Assembly (NCBI GenBank): GCA_046484045.1
Contig: JAWOBZ010000080.1
Span: 28,630 to 92,629 of the forward strand
DNA length: 64,000 nt
Origin: Thermoplasmata archaeon
Lineage (GTDB): Archaea > Thermoplasmatota > Thermoplasmata > Halarchaeoplasmatales > Halarchaeoplasmataceae
Direction of reading: 5' to 3'
In this document: positions 38,898 to 49,180 of the stretch, piece by piece
Numbering within the stretch: position 1 is the stretch's first letter
How the letters are laid out: each line of letters begins with the position of its first letter
Program-made: the position numbers and the translations under genes
Notes under the pieces: model-generated
What the model saw: the letters and a program-made list of their open reading frames with translations, nothing else
Databases searched by the model: none
Told to the model about the DNA's origin: nothing

Positions 38898-40457
38898 CTA
38901 CCTTAGTTTTTTACCGTTCTTAAGGGTAAGCATGCTCGTGGAACCGCTCATCTTGATGAGTTCCTGCAGTGCGTTGGCATATTCCATGCCCTCCGAATTC
39001 AGTAATTTTTTCACGTAGCTCGAGAGGTACTCACCGGACTCGATCTCGTGGGAGTTGAATTTCCACTTCTTGGTGTCGCCTTTGTCTAAGGCGGCGAGAA
39101 AACCGAAAGCAAGTGATTTCATCCGCGTGTCAGATAGATTGGAATTATCTATCTGCCGTAGTACGCTGTCCTCACCCTTTATCTTGTAGAGCCTAGCCAG
39201 GTCGTTTGCGAGCTTGGCCTTAGGAGGCAGATCTTTGAACTCTGGCAGAGAAGACAACCTATCTTTTTCTTTCCTTTTACTCATGGCCTTCCGAAGTACG
39301 TCCCTCGGATTAACACTGGATTCGTGATACTTTTGATAGATTTGTTCCGCCATCCCATCATCGTTAGTGATTGTTTTTATTAAATCCAGTGCTCCCTCGT
39401 CCCAGACCTTCTCTAGAAGTTCGTTCACGGTGCCCTGCTCCAGGACTATCGAATTAGCAGATTCGATGGCTTTTTTGATCACTTCCTCCTCCCAACTCTC
39501 GTAATCGAACTGCCTGAGCAGTGCTCCCATATCACTCCCATAACAGTAATCTCCGACTATGTAAACCCGCGATCTATCCACCAGTGTTTTCATGGCGTCC
39601 CTTTTATACTTTCTGAGCAGTTCGCGATCCGAGGTTTCTCCACGCTCGTATGCCTTGACCAGATCTTTGTCCATTGAAATGTTCCTATCCAACTTACATT
39701 CAGAGCAGTCCGTCCTGCACATCATGTTGTACCTCGTGGAAATTTCGAATGACTTTGAATTATCCTTGGATATCATCCCGCGGCTCAGATGATGCACTAG
39801 ATTCTTGTTGTTATCAGCACACCTAGAACACAGTTTCAGAGTGAGTCCGGCGGCACTCCAGTCGATCTGTATGTATGATCGGTCACCGTTGGTTATGTGG
39901 GGACAGATTATCTTGTCACCCCTCTTCCTCATGTTGTACGGTAGAGAATCCAGCGTATTTTTGACGTATCCATTCGGTGGATTGTCCTTCTTACCGGTGC
40001 AAACTATATTGTCATCCCATGAGTAGAAGTAAAATCCCTTTTTTGCTTCGAAAGAATATGCCAAAAGCCTGAGGTGTGGATCGTTAAAATGCTGTACACC
40101 GATGAGCCTTTCTTCGTTGGCATTCCCTCTTTTTGCGTATGATATCTTTCCGTCTGGTGTCCTGGTACTAGCGAGCAAAGGCGCTTTATGTGTCAAAGCC
40201 AGGAGAAGTGTACCGGCGACGGCTTTGGCGAGGTCGGGCCCTTTGTTAGAGTATTTTTTTAGATACTCTTTGTCTTCTTTGTGTTTAACTATTTTTTTGA
40301 TATACTTTTCAGCTCTACTGAATTTGCATAAAAAACAACGGCCCTCACATTTCGGTATGACTTTCAAAGGGTCTTTTGCCAGTTTTCTAGCGTTGTTTAT
40401 CAGCTTTCTTTCCTGCACCTTGCTCGCACGTTTGGGTCTTTTTCTTCGCATTGCCAT
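38898..40457 (-). CDS. Hypothetical basic, Cys-containing protein
   Basis: Long ORF with several CxxC pairs; no recognised family. Confidence 0.75.
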   Translation of the reverse strand: MAMRRKRPKRASKVQERKLINNARKLAKDPLKVIPKCEGRCFLCKFSRAEKYIKKIVKHKEDKEYLKKYSNKGPDLAKAVAGTLLLALTHKAPLLASTRTPDGKISYAKRGNANEERLIGVQHFNDPHLRLLAYSFEAKKGFYFYSWDDNIVCTGKKDNPPNGYVKNTLDSLPYNMRKRGDKIICPHITNGDRSYIQIDWSAAGLTLKLCSRCADNNKNLVHHLSRGMISKDNSKSFEISTRYNMMCRTDCSECKLDRNISMDKDLVKAYERGETSDRELLRKYKRDAMKTLVDRSRVYIVGDYCYGSDMGALLRQFDYESWEEEVIKKAIESANSIVLEQGTVNELLEKVWDEGALDLIKTITNDDGMAEQIYQKYHESSVNPRDVLRKAMSKRKEKDRLSSLPEFKDLPPKAKLANDLARLYKIKGEDSVLRQIDNSNLSDTRMKSLAFGFLAALDKGDTKKWKFNSHEIESGEYLSSYVKKLLNSEGMEYANALQELIKMSGSTSMLTLKNGKKLR

Positions 40458-40494
40458 TCAATTCCTCGTGATATCGGTATATATAATTTACTTT

Positions 40495-40683
40495 TCAATC
40501 TCCTCTAAAATAGAGTCCTACCGGTTCTCTGGTGTACTTTTTGGTCTTCCTGGCCTTCACTATAGATGCGGCCACGGCGGTCTTATTCGGTAGACTATCT
40601 GCATTCGTGATGCCCTCGTTGAGCGCTATACGGTTCAGCTCTTCTCTTGTGTGGTTATCCACCAGCTCGTCTACTTCCTCCAT
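40495..40683 (-). CDS. Small helical protein (HeH/Rho-N-like)
   Basis: TREELNRIALNEGI...LPNKTAVAASI pattern. Confidence 0.5.
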   Translation of the reverse strand: MEEVDELVDNHTREELNRIALNEGITNADSLPNKTAVAASIVKARKTKKYTREPVGLYFRGD

Positions 40684-40759
40684 ATTACCATCTAACAATC
40701 ATACAACCAATATTTTACTTTTTGGCATGAAAACGAAAACTATATTAGTTTTACATAGA

Positions 40760-41725
40760 ATGATGAGCAAGATGAAGGACATTTGGACGGAGAAGTACAG
40801 ACCGCAGACATTGGACGAGGTTTTCGGGCAGGAACAGGTGGTCGAGAGGTTGAAAGCCTATGTTAAACAGGGTAATATACCTCACCTCCTATTCGCCGGA
40901 CCTGCCGGAACGGGTAAGACCACGTCTGCCATAGCACTTTCTAAGGAGATATTCAAGGACAAATGGAAGTCGAACTTCTTCGAGTTGAACGCCAGTGACG
41001 AAAGGGGTATCGACGTTATCAGGAACAAGATCAAGGAGTACGCCAGGACGAGTTCACTGGGTGCAAGGGGGTTCAAAGTGATCTTCATGGACGAGGCGGA
41101 TTCACTCACTTCAGAGGCTCAAGCGGCGCTCAGGAGGACCATGGAGAAGTTCTCCAGCAACTGCCGGTTCATACTGTCCTGCAACTATTCATCCAAGATC
41201 ATCGATCCCATACAATCCAGATGTGCCGTATTCAGGTTCAGTAGATTGACCAAGGAGAACGTAAGAAAATGGATCCAGCACATCTCGGAAGAAGAGGGGT
41301 TGACGGTGACCGAGGATGCTGTGGAAACTCTTATAAGGATAGCCGAGGGGGATCTCAGGAAGGCGACCAACCTCTTACAAATATCCGCTTCAACCACGTC
41401 CGAGATCACGGAAGAGAACGTTAGACTGAGTGCCAACGTGGCGAAACCCGGTGACATCGAGGAGCTGATAAAGATCGCTATAGAGGGAGAGTTCATGGAA
41501 GTAAGAAACAAACTCCAGGACCTCCTGATCGAGTACGGTCTCTCCGGCTCCGACATCGTCAAACAGATACACCGCACGATATACGACATCCCCATGGACA
41601 ACGAAAGGAGGATGATGTTGGTGGACAGGATAGGTGAAGCCGAGTTCAGGATAGTCCAGGGCTCGAACGACATGATCCAACTCGAGGCTCTGCTGGCCAA
41701 CTTCGCCTTCGAGGTTGAAGATTGA
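40760..41725 (+). CDS. rfcS: Replication factor C small subunit
   Basis: WTEKYRP, GPAGTGKT, ELNASDERG, DEAD, AQAALRRTME, IQSRC; no intein. Confidence 0.96.
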   Translation: MMSKMKDIWTEKYRPQTLDEVFGQEQVVERLKAYVKQGNIPHLLFAGPAGTGKTTSAIALSKEIFKDKWKSNFFELNASDERGIDVIRNKIKEYARTSSLGARGFKVIFMDEADSLTSEAQAALRRTMEKFSSNCRFILSCNYSSKIIDPIQSRCAVFRFSRLTKENVRKWIQHISEEEGLTVTEDAVETLIRIAEGDLRKATNLLQISASTTSEITEENVRLSANVAKPGDIEELIKIAIEGEFMEVRNKLQDLLIEYGLSGSDIVKQIHRTIYDIPMDNERRMMLVDRIGEAEFRIVQGSNDMIQLEALLANFAFEVED

Positions 41726-41727
41726 AC

Positions 41728-42156
41728 CTATTCTCCGATGATCTTTACAGTGATCTCTCTTTTTCTTGCCGGTACATCCATATCGCACAAGATTATCTGC
41801 TGCCACGTGCCGAGCTTCAGTTTTCCGTTAGAGATGGGTACGGTCAGACTGGGTCCTATGAAGGATGCTCTCACATGTGAATGACCGTTCCCGTCGTGCC
41901 ACTTTTCGTGATGTTTGTAGTACATATCTTTGGGGAAAAGTCTGTCCAGTGCTTCCGGCAAGTCGTGGAGTAGACCCGGTTCGTACTCGATGGTGGTGAT
42001 AGCCGCCGTGGAGCCGGAGACGAAGAAAAGTGCGATCCCTTCTTTGATCCCTGTTTTTTTGACGGCCTCTTGACCCTGGTTTGTGATGTTCTTTATGTCC
42101 AGTTCCTGATGTGTCTTTACGTGGATAGTGGTCTCTGCTACTGTCATGGTCGTCAA
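41728..42156 (-). CDS. YjbQ/UPF0047 family protein
   Basis: GSTAAITTIEYEPG, NGHSHVRAS, LGTWQQI. Confidence 0.92.
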   Translation of the reverse strand: MTTMTVAETTIHVKTHQELDIKNITNQGQEAVKKTGIKEGIALFFVSGSTAAITTIEYEPGLLHDLPEALDRLFPKDMYYKHHEKWHDGNGHSHVRASFIGPSLTVPISNGKLKLGTWQQIILCDMDVPARKREITVKIIGE

Positions 42157-42401
42157 ATCGAAGTATGAAATATACCTGTTTTGGTCGTTTTTCCGTCTGA
42201 CGAACCGTCATACTTGTGTTTATTAGTTCGTTTTCGAACGATTATTTTATTTCTAAGACCATAATTATTTCATTTTTGGACCACTGGCTTTAATCAATTA
42301 ATAATCGGTATACACGTGAAAATCGTTTTATTTTTTTACCAAAAGATATATATATATTTAAAATATAAACTGAATTGCAATATTCCAAGGAGGAATATGA
42401 A

Positions 42402-45119
42402 ATGAATGTGAAAAAAATGAATAAAAGAATTAGTGTACTAGTATGCGCTATGCTTATGATGTCTTTGGTAGGACTTTTAGTTAGTCCTGCCCAGGCAGAA
42501 GACATAGCAGACAATCCCGACGATAGAGATGACTTTGTACGATTAGTAAGCACAACAAGTGATACAGGTGCCGCAGGTGATTACATAGACTGTTATGTAG
42601 GAGAAGAAGACGTTAGATTCGGACTGGAAGTTCAGTCGCTGCAGTATGGTGACGGAACTGGAAAGAACGTATCTAGAGTTTGGGTAGAATTGGATGTCAG
42701 CGCGCCCATATCCTGGGAAAACAGGGAAGAGACTCCAGGAGCACAGGGCGCAGACATGAGTGGAACTGAACCCGCTGCCAACTCGACGATAGTTTTCGGT
42801 GTCGACAGCGACGCATGGTACAATGCAAGACCGTTCGAGTTCGACGTTGACCCAGATGCCACACCCGGCGAGTACAGCATGACAGTGACTATCCACTACA
42901 GGTACGTAGACGAAACAAACACGGGACAAACCACAGAGCTCGAAACATGGATCCTTTTCGACATCATGGATAACACCATGGTCGATGATGGACAACCTGA
43001 TCTGTGGGCTGGAGAAGACTTCCAGCCGATAAGCTTCGACGTTGACCCAGATGCAGGAACGGTGAACATAGAAGATACGCACGTCACACTTGACGAAGCC
43101 AGTATCTCACCATCAGTAGACATCACCATCAGGGACGAAACCGCATTTATTCCTGGTGTATTAGCCAATCCAGACACAGCTAACTACAGATTCGATGTCG
43201 GAGCTGACGTACCACCGGATATCTACAGTGTAGATTACACACTCACAGCCATGAGAGCTGGAGTTGAGATCGAAGAAACTGGAAGAGTAAACTTCACAGT
43301 CGAATACACACCGAAAATAGAAGTGTCATACGATCCGATAGAGATAGAACAGGGAACTCTGACGTCAACGTTTAACGTTACCTTCGAGAACGTCGGCAAC
43401 GTGGACCTTAGTCAAGTGTATGTCGGTCTCAACGACGATCAAGACTATTTCCCAACCAAAGTTGAACATTACGAATACGGTGACGCTGTAGGTCCTGGAG
43501 CTTATTTATTGGGCGACGGCGATCTCGCAATAGCTGGTTCTGAGAGCATGACCTTCGGAATCGGATTCCACAGATACCTACAAGAAGGAGACCACAAACT
43601 GGAATTCAGATGGGACGGTTGGTATTACAACGACGGTTCCACTGGAGATCCAAGCTCTTACGAGCACATCGGTGTTGATTGGGCCGATGCAGACCCAGAC
43701 ACAGCATTCTTATACAATGTAGTTGCAGATAACCATGAATATGATAACCCTGGAGGAGACACTATCATTGGAGCCGCAGACCCATGGACAGAGCCGTATG
43801 CGATGATGTCGGTAGTTGACGAAGTCATAGACATGGAAGGGACCGCAGTAGGCAGTGTAATACTCGACGGAGATATCACATATGTACAGTTCCAAGTTAC
43901 GATATTCAACTATGAACTCGTAGATTTCAAGGATATCGAAGCCGTCCTGAACGTAGGAAGCGGAACTCCGTTCTTCCACCCACAGGACCACACGGCTACC
44001 ACGGTAGAGATGGACAAATCAGTATCAGATACAGAGATAGCTGCTTACGATCCAGCTACAGGTGACCCGGGAGAAGCTGATTTATCCTTCAACGTGGACA
44101 CCAACGACGACTTCGTTGCTGATACATTGTCCGGTAATGCTCACGCATACGCTGGAATAGTAACCATCAATAGGATGGTCAACGAAGACACACTGGAAGA
44201 GGTAACCAATCAGGACGTACCGATAGACGGAGAACTAGAAGGACTCGGACCCAAGATGGTCGTAGAAGGAACACTAGAGGATGACAAGGTCAAAGCCGGA
44301 GAGATGTTCAACCTGACCTACACACTTTCAAACCACGGCGACGACGTAGCTAGAGACGTATGGATGACCATGCAGCCCGAGTTATACGACAACGACGACT
44401 GGACGATCCACGATGGATTCATAACTGCCATCGCATCCGACAACGAAACGATGTCGATGTGGGGCATGTCAGAAGCCACAAACACAGAGTACTCCGAAGT
44501 GACCCTCGAAAACCTCGGTATCAACGATGCCAAGGAGATCGTCGAACTGCACATGTACGTGGAAGGTGCACTTTCCTCACCACAACCGCACATTTGGACG
44601 ATGTACGTCGGCGAACTCGCACCCGGTGAAGAGATCGAAGTGACCTGGCAGATGGTATCTGACAGGGACATGGAGATCGGAAAACCGTACCAGGAAGACA
44701 TCGAAGTTACTTGGATGGATTCAAACGGTGCCAACGATACACAGGTATTCCCAACTACCATCAGAACACAGAGTAAAGGTGAAACCTACGAGCCAAGCAG
44801 TGGATTCGCAGGAACTTCAACCGAAACCGGCTTGATAATCGTGTTCATCATAATCGTGATAGCACTACTGCTCATCGTTATGATGACTACGAAGAAAGGC
44901 GGTAAGAAAGAAGAGCCTGAAGAGGAAACCTGGGAAGAACCTGAACCAGAACCAGTGATGGAAGAAGAGACAGTCGAAGAAGAACCTTGGGGCGAACCTG
45001 AAGAGGAATCTTGGGAAGAAGAACCCGAAGAGGAATCCTGGGAAGAAGAACCCGAAGAGGAATCCTGGGAAGAAGAACCCGAGGAAGTCGAAGAATCCAA
45101 AGAAGAGGAAGTCTGGTAA
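42402..45119 (+). CDS. Large acidic cell-surface / S-layer-like protein
   Basis: Signal peptide (..PAQA), Ig/CARDB-like segments (FENVGNVDL, LSNHGDDVA, GELAPGEE), C-terminal TM and acidic tail; AGGAGG RBS. Confidence 0.8.
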   Translation: MNVKKMNKRISVLVCAMLMMSLVGLLVSPAQAEDIADNPDDRDDFVRLVSTTSDTGAAGDYIDCYVGEEDVRFGLEVQSLQYGDGTGKNVSRVWVELDVSAPISWENREETPGAQGADMSGTEPAANSTIVFGVDSDAWYNARPFEFDVDPDATPGEYSMTVTIHYRYVDETNTGQTTELETWILFDIMDNTMVDDGQPDLWAGEDFQPISFDVDPDAGTVNIEDTHVTLDEASISPSVDITIRDETAFIPGVLANPDTANYRFDVGADVPPDIYSVDYTLTAMRAGVEIEETGRVNFTVEYTPKIEVSYDPIEIEQGTLTSTFNVTFENVGNVDLSQVYVGLNDDQDYFPTKVEHYEYGDAVGPGAYLLGDGDLAIAGSESMTFGIGFHRYLQEGDHKLEFRWDGWYYNDGSTGDPSSYEHIGVDWADADPDTAFLYNVVADNHEYDNPGGDTIIGAADPWTEPYAMMSVVDEVIDMEGTAVGSVILDGDITYVQFQVTIFNYELVDFKDIEAVLNVGSGTPFFHPQDHTATTVEMDKSVSDTEIAAYDPATGDPGEADLSFNVDTNDDFVADTLSGNAHAYAGIVTINRMVNEDTLEEVTNQDVPIDGELEGLGPKMVVEGTLEDDKVKAGEMFNLTYTLSNHGDDVARDVWMTMQPELYDNDDWTIHDGFITAIASDNETMSMWGMSEATNTEYSEVTLENLGINDAKEIVELHMYVEGALSSPQPHIWTMYVGELAPGEEIEVTWQMVSDRDMEIGKPYQEDIEVTWMDSNGANDTQVFPTTIRTQSKGETYEPSSGFAGTSTETGLIIVFIIIVIALLLIVMMTTKKGGKKEEPEEETWEEPEPEPVMEEETVEEEPWGEPEEESWEEEPEEESWEEEPEEESWEEEPEEVEESKEEEVW
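45000..45080 (+). repeat. 27-bp coding tandem repeat x3 (EEESWEEEP)
   Basis: GAAGAGGAATCYTGGGAAGAAGAACCC at 45000, 45027 and 45054. Confidence 0.9.
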
Positions 45120-45202
45120 GTCTTGAGAGCTTTGCTCGAAAGATATCGAGAAATCCTCAAGGATTTCTGGTAAACTTCCGGTAAAACAAAACCTTTAAAC
45201 CC

Positions 45203-45217
45203 TTTTTTTTCTTTTTT
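45203..45217 (+). terminator. Oligo-T terminator after the S-layer-like gene
   Basis: T8-C-T6 tract about 85 nt after the stop codon. Confidence 0.55.
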
Positions 45218-45291
45218 CTATTTCTTAAGATTTTCGTCCAAAGTTTTCCAAAAATTTTTACCCTCTAGAACTCATACCCTCTTGAATCTAC

Positions 45292-46554
45292 ATGTTCGGT
45301 AAACTAGACGTACCAACTATCAGGGAAGCGAAGAAGAGGGTGAGAGCAAGGAATAGATTCTTCGTAGTGTTATCGGTGATCTTCGTTCTTTTCTTGTTCT
45401 ACGTACTTTTTTGGATCATCATATTCCCAGGTCCCAAGCGATTGGACTTCACCAAGACCCTTTTGTGGAGCGGTGCTACCTTCGTTCTGTACATCGGAGC
45501 GAAGGCGTTAGGACGTTTGTTCTTGAATAAGATGATCAGTGCCTGGGAGAGCTTGGATGATTTCGATCCTGAAGAGAAGGTCGGCGGATTCAAGGTTGGT
45601 AAGATCAAGGGATACACTAAGAAGATAGCGGACGATATGGGTATCGACGGCGAGCCGGTCAAGGTATGCACCATGGATTCACCGATGCCCAACGCGTTCG
45701 GTCTCCTGTGGAGGAACGTGATCTGCCTTGACAGGTCGTGGCTGCGTATATTGGATGAACAGGAACTGAAGGCGCTTATAGCCCACGAGTTGACCCACCT
45801 GAAAATGAAGAAGACCCGACCCATGTTCTCGCATCCCACGTTGTTCAGCTTCGTTATATTTTTACAGATATCCGTGCTGACGTCCCTTTTCTTCTTCTAT
45901 GAAGTGTCTGATTATTACTTCAGGTTCATGACGCTTTTCTTCATCTTCCATTGGGTGGATATGATGTTCCTGTTGTTACCTTTGAAATCATCCAGGGCGG
46001 AAGAGCATCTGTGTGATTGGTCGGCGGTCAAGTACACAGATATCTTTGGTGCTGTCAACCTCATGCTGAAGCTGGGACAGAGGTACGAAGCCATCAACAT
46101 AATCAACGCCGCCATAAGCGAGATGAAGAAAAAGTACCGGATCCCTCTTTCCGACTACGTCCAACTCCCACAGATGATCGATAAGAACATAAAACGGTCG
46201 AAGATAGACCCGGAGGGCATCAGAGAGACTGTCAGAGAGACCGTAGAGGATATGGCGGCAGAGAATGGATGGAAAAAGGCTACATTCAGCTTTTCGACCG
46301 GCGGAGGAGACAGCTTGTTCAGCGGTAGAAATAGACACAAAGTCGACTGGATCCAGTACGACAGTCACATAATGGATTTCAGATTAGATGAGAAGGAACT
46401 ACCACAGTTTATAGAGGACATAAAATCAGACAGGAAAAGCTTCCTCTTCGACGCCAAGATAGATTCCTATAAGGACTCACACGGCACCCATCCTACCATA
46501 AAACAGCGCGTCCTGTTCCTTTGGAAGAACTACAAGAACAGAGCGGTCAGCTGA
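45292..46554 (+). CDS. M48/HtpX-like membrane zinc metallopeptidase
   Basis: PNAF, ELKALIAHELTH (HExxH), EHLCD, THPT..QR; several TM segments. Confidence 0.85.
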   Translation: MFGKLDVPTIREAKKRVRARNRFFVVLSVIFVLFLFYVLFWIIIFPGPKRLDFTKTLLWSGATFVLYIGAKALGRLFLNKMISAWESLDDFDPEEKVGGFKVGKIKGYTKKIADDMGIDGEPVKVCTMDSPMPNAFGLLWRNVICLDRSWLRILDEQELKALIAHELTHLKMKKTRPMFSHPTLFSFVIFLQISVLTSLFFFYEVSDYYFRFMTLFFIFHWVDMMFLLLPLKSSRAEEHLCDWSAVKYTDIFGAVNLMLKLGQRYEAINIINAAISEMKKKYRIPLSDYVQLPQMIDKNIKRSKIDPEGIRETVRETVEDMAAENGWKKATFSFSTGGGDSLFSGRNRHKVDWIQYDSHIMDFRLDEKELPQFIEDIKSDRKSFLFDAKIDSYKDSHGTHPTIKQRVLFLWKNYKNRAVS

Positions 46555-47329
46555 TACTTCTTACCTCGTCCATCAGTTCTTTCACCTTTTCCACGGAAAC
46601 TGGGTTATGGATATCCTGGTTCTCTTTTATTGAGGTTCCCACTATGGCTCCGTCGGAGTTTTTCAGGACGTTGATGGCGTTGTTAACGGTTAAACCGGAG
46701 CCTATCAGCACCGGTGCTTGTACAGAATCTTTCGCCCTCTTCAACTCGACCAAGTCCACGGGTGTACCGGTCTCCTCCCCGCTGATGATGATACCGTCGG
46801 CTTTCCCTCTTATAACAGCGTCTCTGGACCCTTTAACTATATCTTTCGGATAGATCTGATCGCCGTGCTTGACGTGGATGTCGGCCAATATGCCGGCCTT
46901 TATGTCGAGGGCGTTCTTATATCGATGGATCTGGGCGGCTTCTCCCTCGATAATACCCTGCTCCGTCGCCGTTACGCCGGTGTACACGTTCACCCGGATG
47001 AAGTCCAGGTTGAGGACTTTAGCGATGCCAAGGGCGGCTTCCCAGTCGTTCCTGAGTACGTTAACACCCACGGGGACGTCCACTATCTTCTTTATCTCAC
47101 AGCAGGCCATGGTCATGGCGGCCACGGTCTCTTTGGACACCTTCACCGAGAACGGCATGTCACCGTAGTTCTCCACGAGGATGGCGTCTATACCTCCCTG
47201 TTCGAGGTTTCGGGCGTCTCTAAGCCCGCTCTTCATCACGTGATTCATACCCTTATAACCGGATTTTCCCGGCAGAGGGGGCAGATGTACCATCCCTATG
47301 ATCTTCTTCTTATCACCGAACCTTAACAT
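46547..47329 (-). CDS. BtpA/SgcQ family protein
   Basis: IGMVHLPPLPG, ENYGDMPF, GVNVLRND, ADIHVKH, GSG, IVGT. Confidence 0.92.
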   Translation of the reverse strand: MLRFGDKKKIIGMVHLPPLPGKSGYKGMNHVMKSGLRDARNLEQGGIDAILVENYGDMPFSVKVSKETVAAMTMACCEIKKIVDVPVGVNVLRNDWEAALGIAKVLNLDFIRVNVYTGVTATEQGIIEGEAAQIHRYKNALDIKAGILADIHVKHGDQIYPKDIVKGSRDAVIRGKADGIIISGEETGTPVDLVELKRAKDSVQAPVLIGSGLTVNNAINVLKNSDGAIVGTSIKENQDIHNPVSVEKVKELMDEVRSIS

Positions 47330-47359
47330 GTTCTATGATTGTGTTTCTATGGTTTAACG

Positions 47360-49148
47360 TTTTTGAACCATGTCACTTCTTATCCAAGAACTTCTTGATC
47401 TCTTCCTCATCTCGCTCTTCAAAAGTGCAGATTGACCCCAGATCTTCAACCTATATTAATTCACGGATATCAAATATTTTCGAAGTTGTATAGCCAGAAT
47501 CAAATATTACAATCTCGTATTTAGACCGCGGTCATAACTATTACTTGTAGGTGTGTTATATTCATACTAAGATATCTTCTAACTGGTGAAGTATGATATC
47601 ATCTCTTCCTTCGGATCTATCAATAAGTTTCTTTTCATATCCTGATCTTGAGAATAGACCAAATGTCTCTTCACGACTATCATTTCTCCATCTGACCTGA
47701 GCGGCTTTCCTTTCTAGCTTTTTCAACACTCCGATGTCGACCTTATCTTTACTCCATTTACATTCTCCCAAAAAGATCTGGTTGTCTTTTTCATCGAGCG
47801 CAACTATGTCTATCTCGTTTTCTTCGTGCCACCACCGACCAATTTTATTATATTCATATTTGCGTTTTACGGCTTTCAGACATACATCCTCAAATATCCT
47901 ACCCATATAATGACTGTAATCTTCTTTTACAGTATCTATCACTCCATCTGGGTTTACCTCGATCTGGCTCATATTAGGATAAACAAAGGTGATCCAGAAA
48001 CGGAAATAATTATCCTTTAATTTGTATAGGAAATTTCTCTGTTTTGGCTTTTCAGTTACTGGATATTCCTTATAGATTATATCCAATCTGTCCAAGGAGT
48101 TTAGATACTTATTGATATTTGTGATGGATATTTTACTTTTAGAAGATATCTCTGAAAGTTTGGTAGCACCGTCTATTATGGATTTGATGATGTTAAAATA
48201 AGTATTGGGCTTTCTTAATTCCTCTCTAAGCAATATCTCCGCTTCCTCGTAGAGTATATTCAATTTATTCAGGAAGGTGCCCTGGATATTATCGTAGAAA
48301 CCTTTCTTCGGGTCGAATTCTTTTAGATAGAAAGGTACGGCTCCAATCGCACCGTAAGTTTTTATCAAATCTTCCTGTGAATAATCTGGTAGGAATTCAC
48401 TTAGTTTCATTATGGGTATCTCGTCTACCTTGAGCTGCCCAGTTCGACGTCCATACAGTGGACTGCTGTAATCGAGCACCTCCTTTTCCATCATACCTAT
48501 GGAAGAACCGGTTAATACGAGGAAGATGTTTTCTTCACTCAGCACCTCATCCCAGATGTACTGCATCTCGGACAATATCTCTTTGTTCTCCTCGATCCAA
48601 TAGGGAAACTCGTCGATGATGAAGACGAATTTTTCTTGCGTGGATATCTTGTCGACCATGTTTATGAACAGCTCAGAGAGGGAGTTGGTTTCTGGAAGGT
48701 AAATATCGTGTTCTTTCGCAAGTTCATTCCTTAATCTCTCGACTTCAAGAGAAAAATCCTGTTTCCTAGAGAGAAAGTAAAAATTTGGTTTATCCTTTGA
48801 AAACTCCTTGGCTAGGGTGGTCTTACCGATCCTCCTCCTTCCATAGATGATAAAAAAATCAGAGCCTTCGCTTTCGTACCTCTCTTCGAGTCCGTCGAGC
48901 TCGTACTCCCGATCTATGAATTGTAGTATCATAATACTTAGTATTACGCTACTATGTTATATATTTTTTGTCAGAAAGTATTTCTTCATGCCTTCCGTCC
49001 GTGTGACCAGTGCCCTCTATCTGCTCTTAATCGACTGTTTGATCGTCGTTGTCACCGTCATCATCTACTTCACTATCACCGCTACTTCCCATCGTTTCAT
49101 CCTACATATATGAAATCAGTCATGTCAAATATTTTTGAACCATGTCAC
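47360..49148. mobile_element. ~1.8-kb islet bounded by a perfect 17-bp direct repeat
   Basis: TTTTTGAACCATGTCAC at 47360-47376 and 49132-49148; AT-rich cargo. Confidence 0.6.
47562..48932 (-). CDS. Archaeal ATPase + wHTH + DUF234 / PD-(D/E)xK nuclease-like protein
   Basis: FIDREYEL, YGRRRIGKT, IIDEFPY, LYGRRT, DNYFRFW, EIDIV..GECKW. Confidence 0.9.
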   Translation of the reverse strand: MILQFIDREYELDGLEERYESEGSDFFIIYGRRRIGKTTLAKEFSKDKPNFYFLSRKQDFSLEVERLRNELAKEHDIYLPETNSLSELFINMVDKISTQEKFVFIIDEFPYWIEENKEILSEMQYIWDEVLSEENIFLVLTGSSIGMMEKEVLDYSSPLYGRRTGQLKVDEIPIMKLSEFLPDYSQEDLIKTYGAIGAVPFYLKEFDPKKGFYDNIQGTFLNKLNILYEEAEILLREELRKPNTYFNIIKSIIDGATKLSEISSKSKISITNINKYLNSLDRLDIIYKEYPVTEKPKQRNFLYKLKDNYFRFWITFVYPNMSQIEVNPDGVIDTVKEDYSHYMGRIFEDVCLKAVKRKYEYNKIGRWWHEENEIDIVALDEKDNQIFLGECKWSKDKVDIGVLKKLERKAAQVRWRNDSREETFGLFSRSGYEKKLIDRSEGRDDIILHQLEDILV

Positions 49149-49180
49149 AACTTTTATAACCTTCATGCAATCGGTGAACG

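Noticed and set aside
40532..40759. N-terminal extension of RFC-S in the ORF track
   Set aside because: Overlaps an opposite-strand gene and promoter; RFC homology starts at MKDIWTEKYRP.
48960..49110. Short acidic reading frame on the minus strand (MGSSGDSEVDDDGDNDDQTVD)
   Set aside because: Interrupted by stops and unassignable; at most a remnant within the islet.
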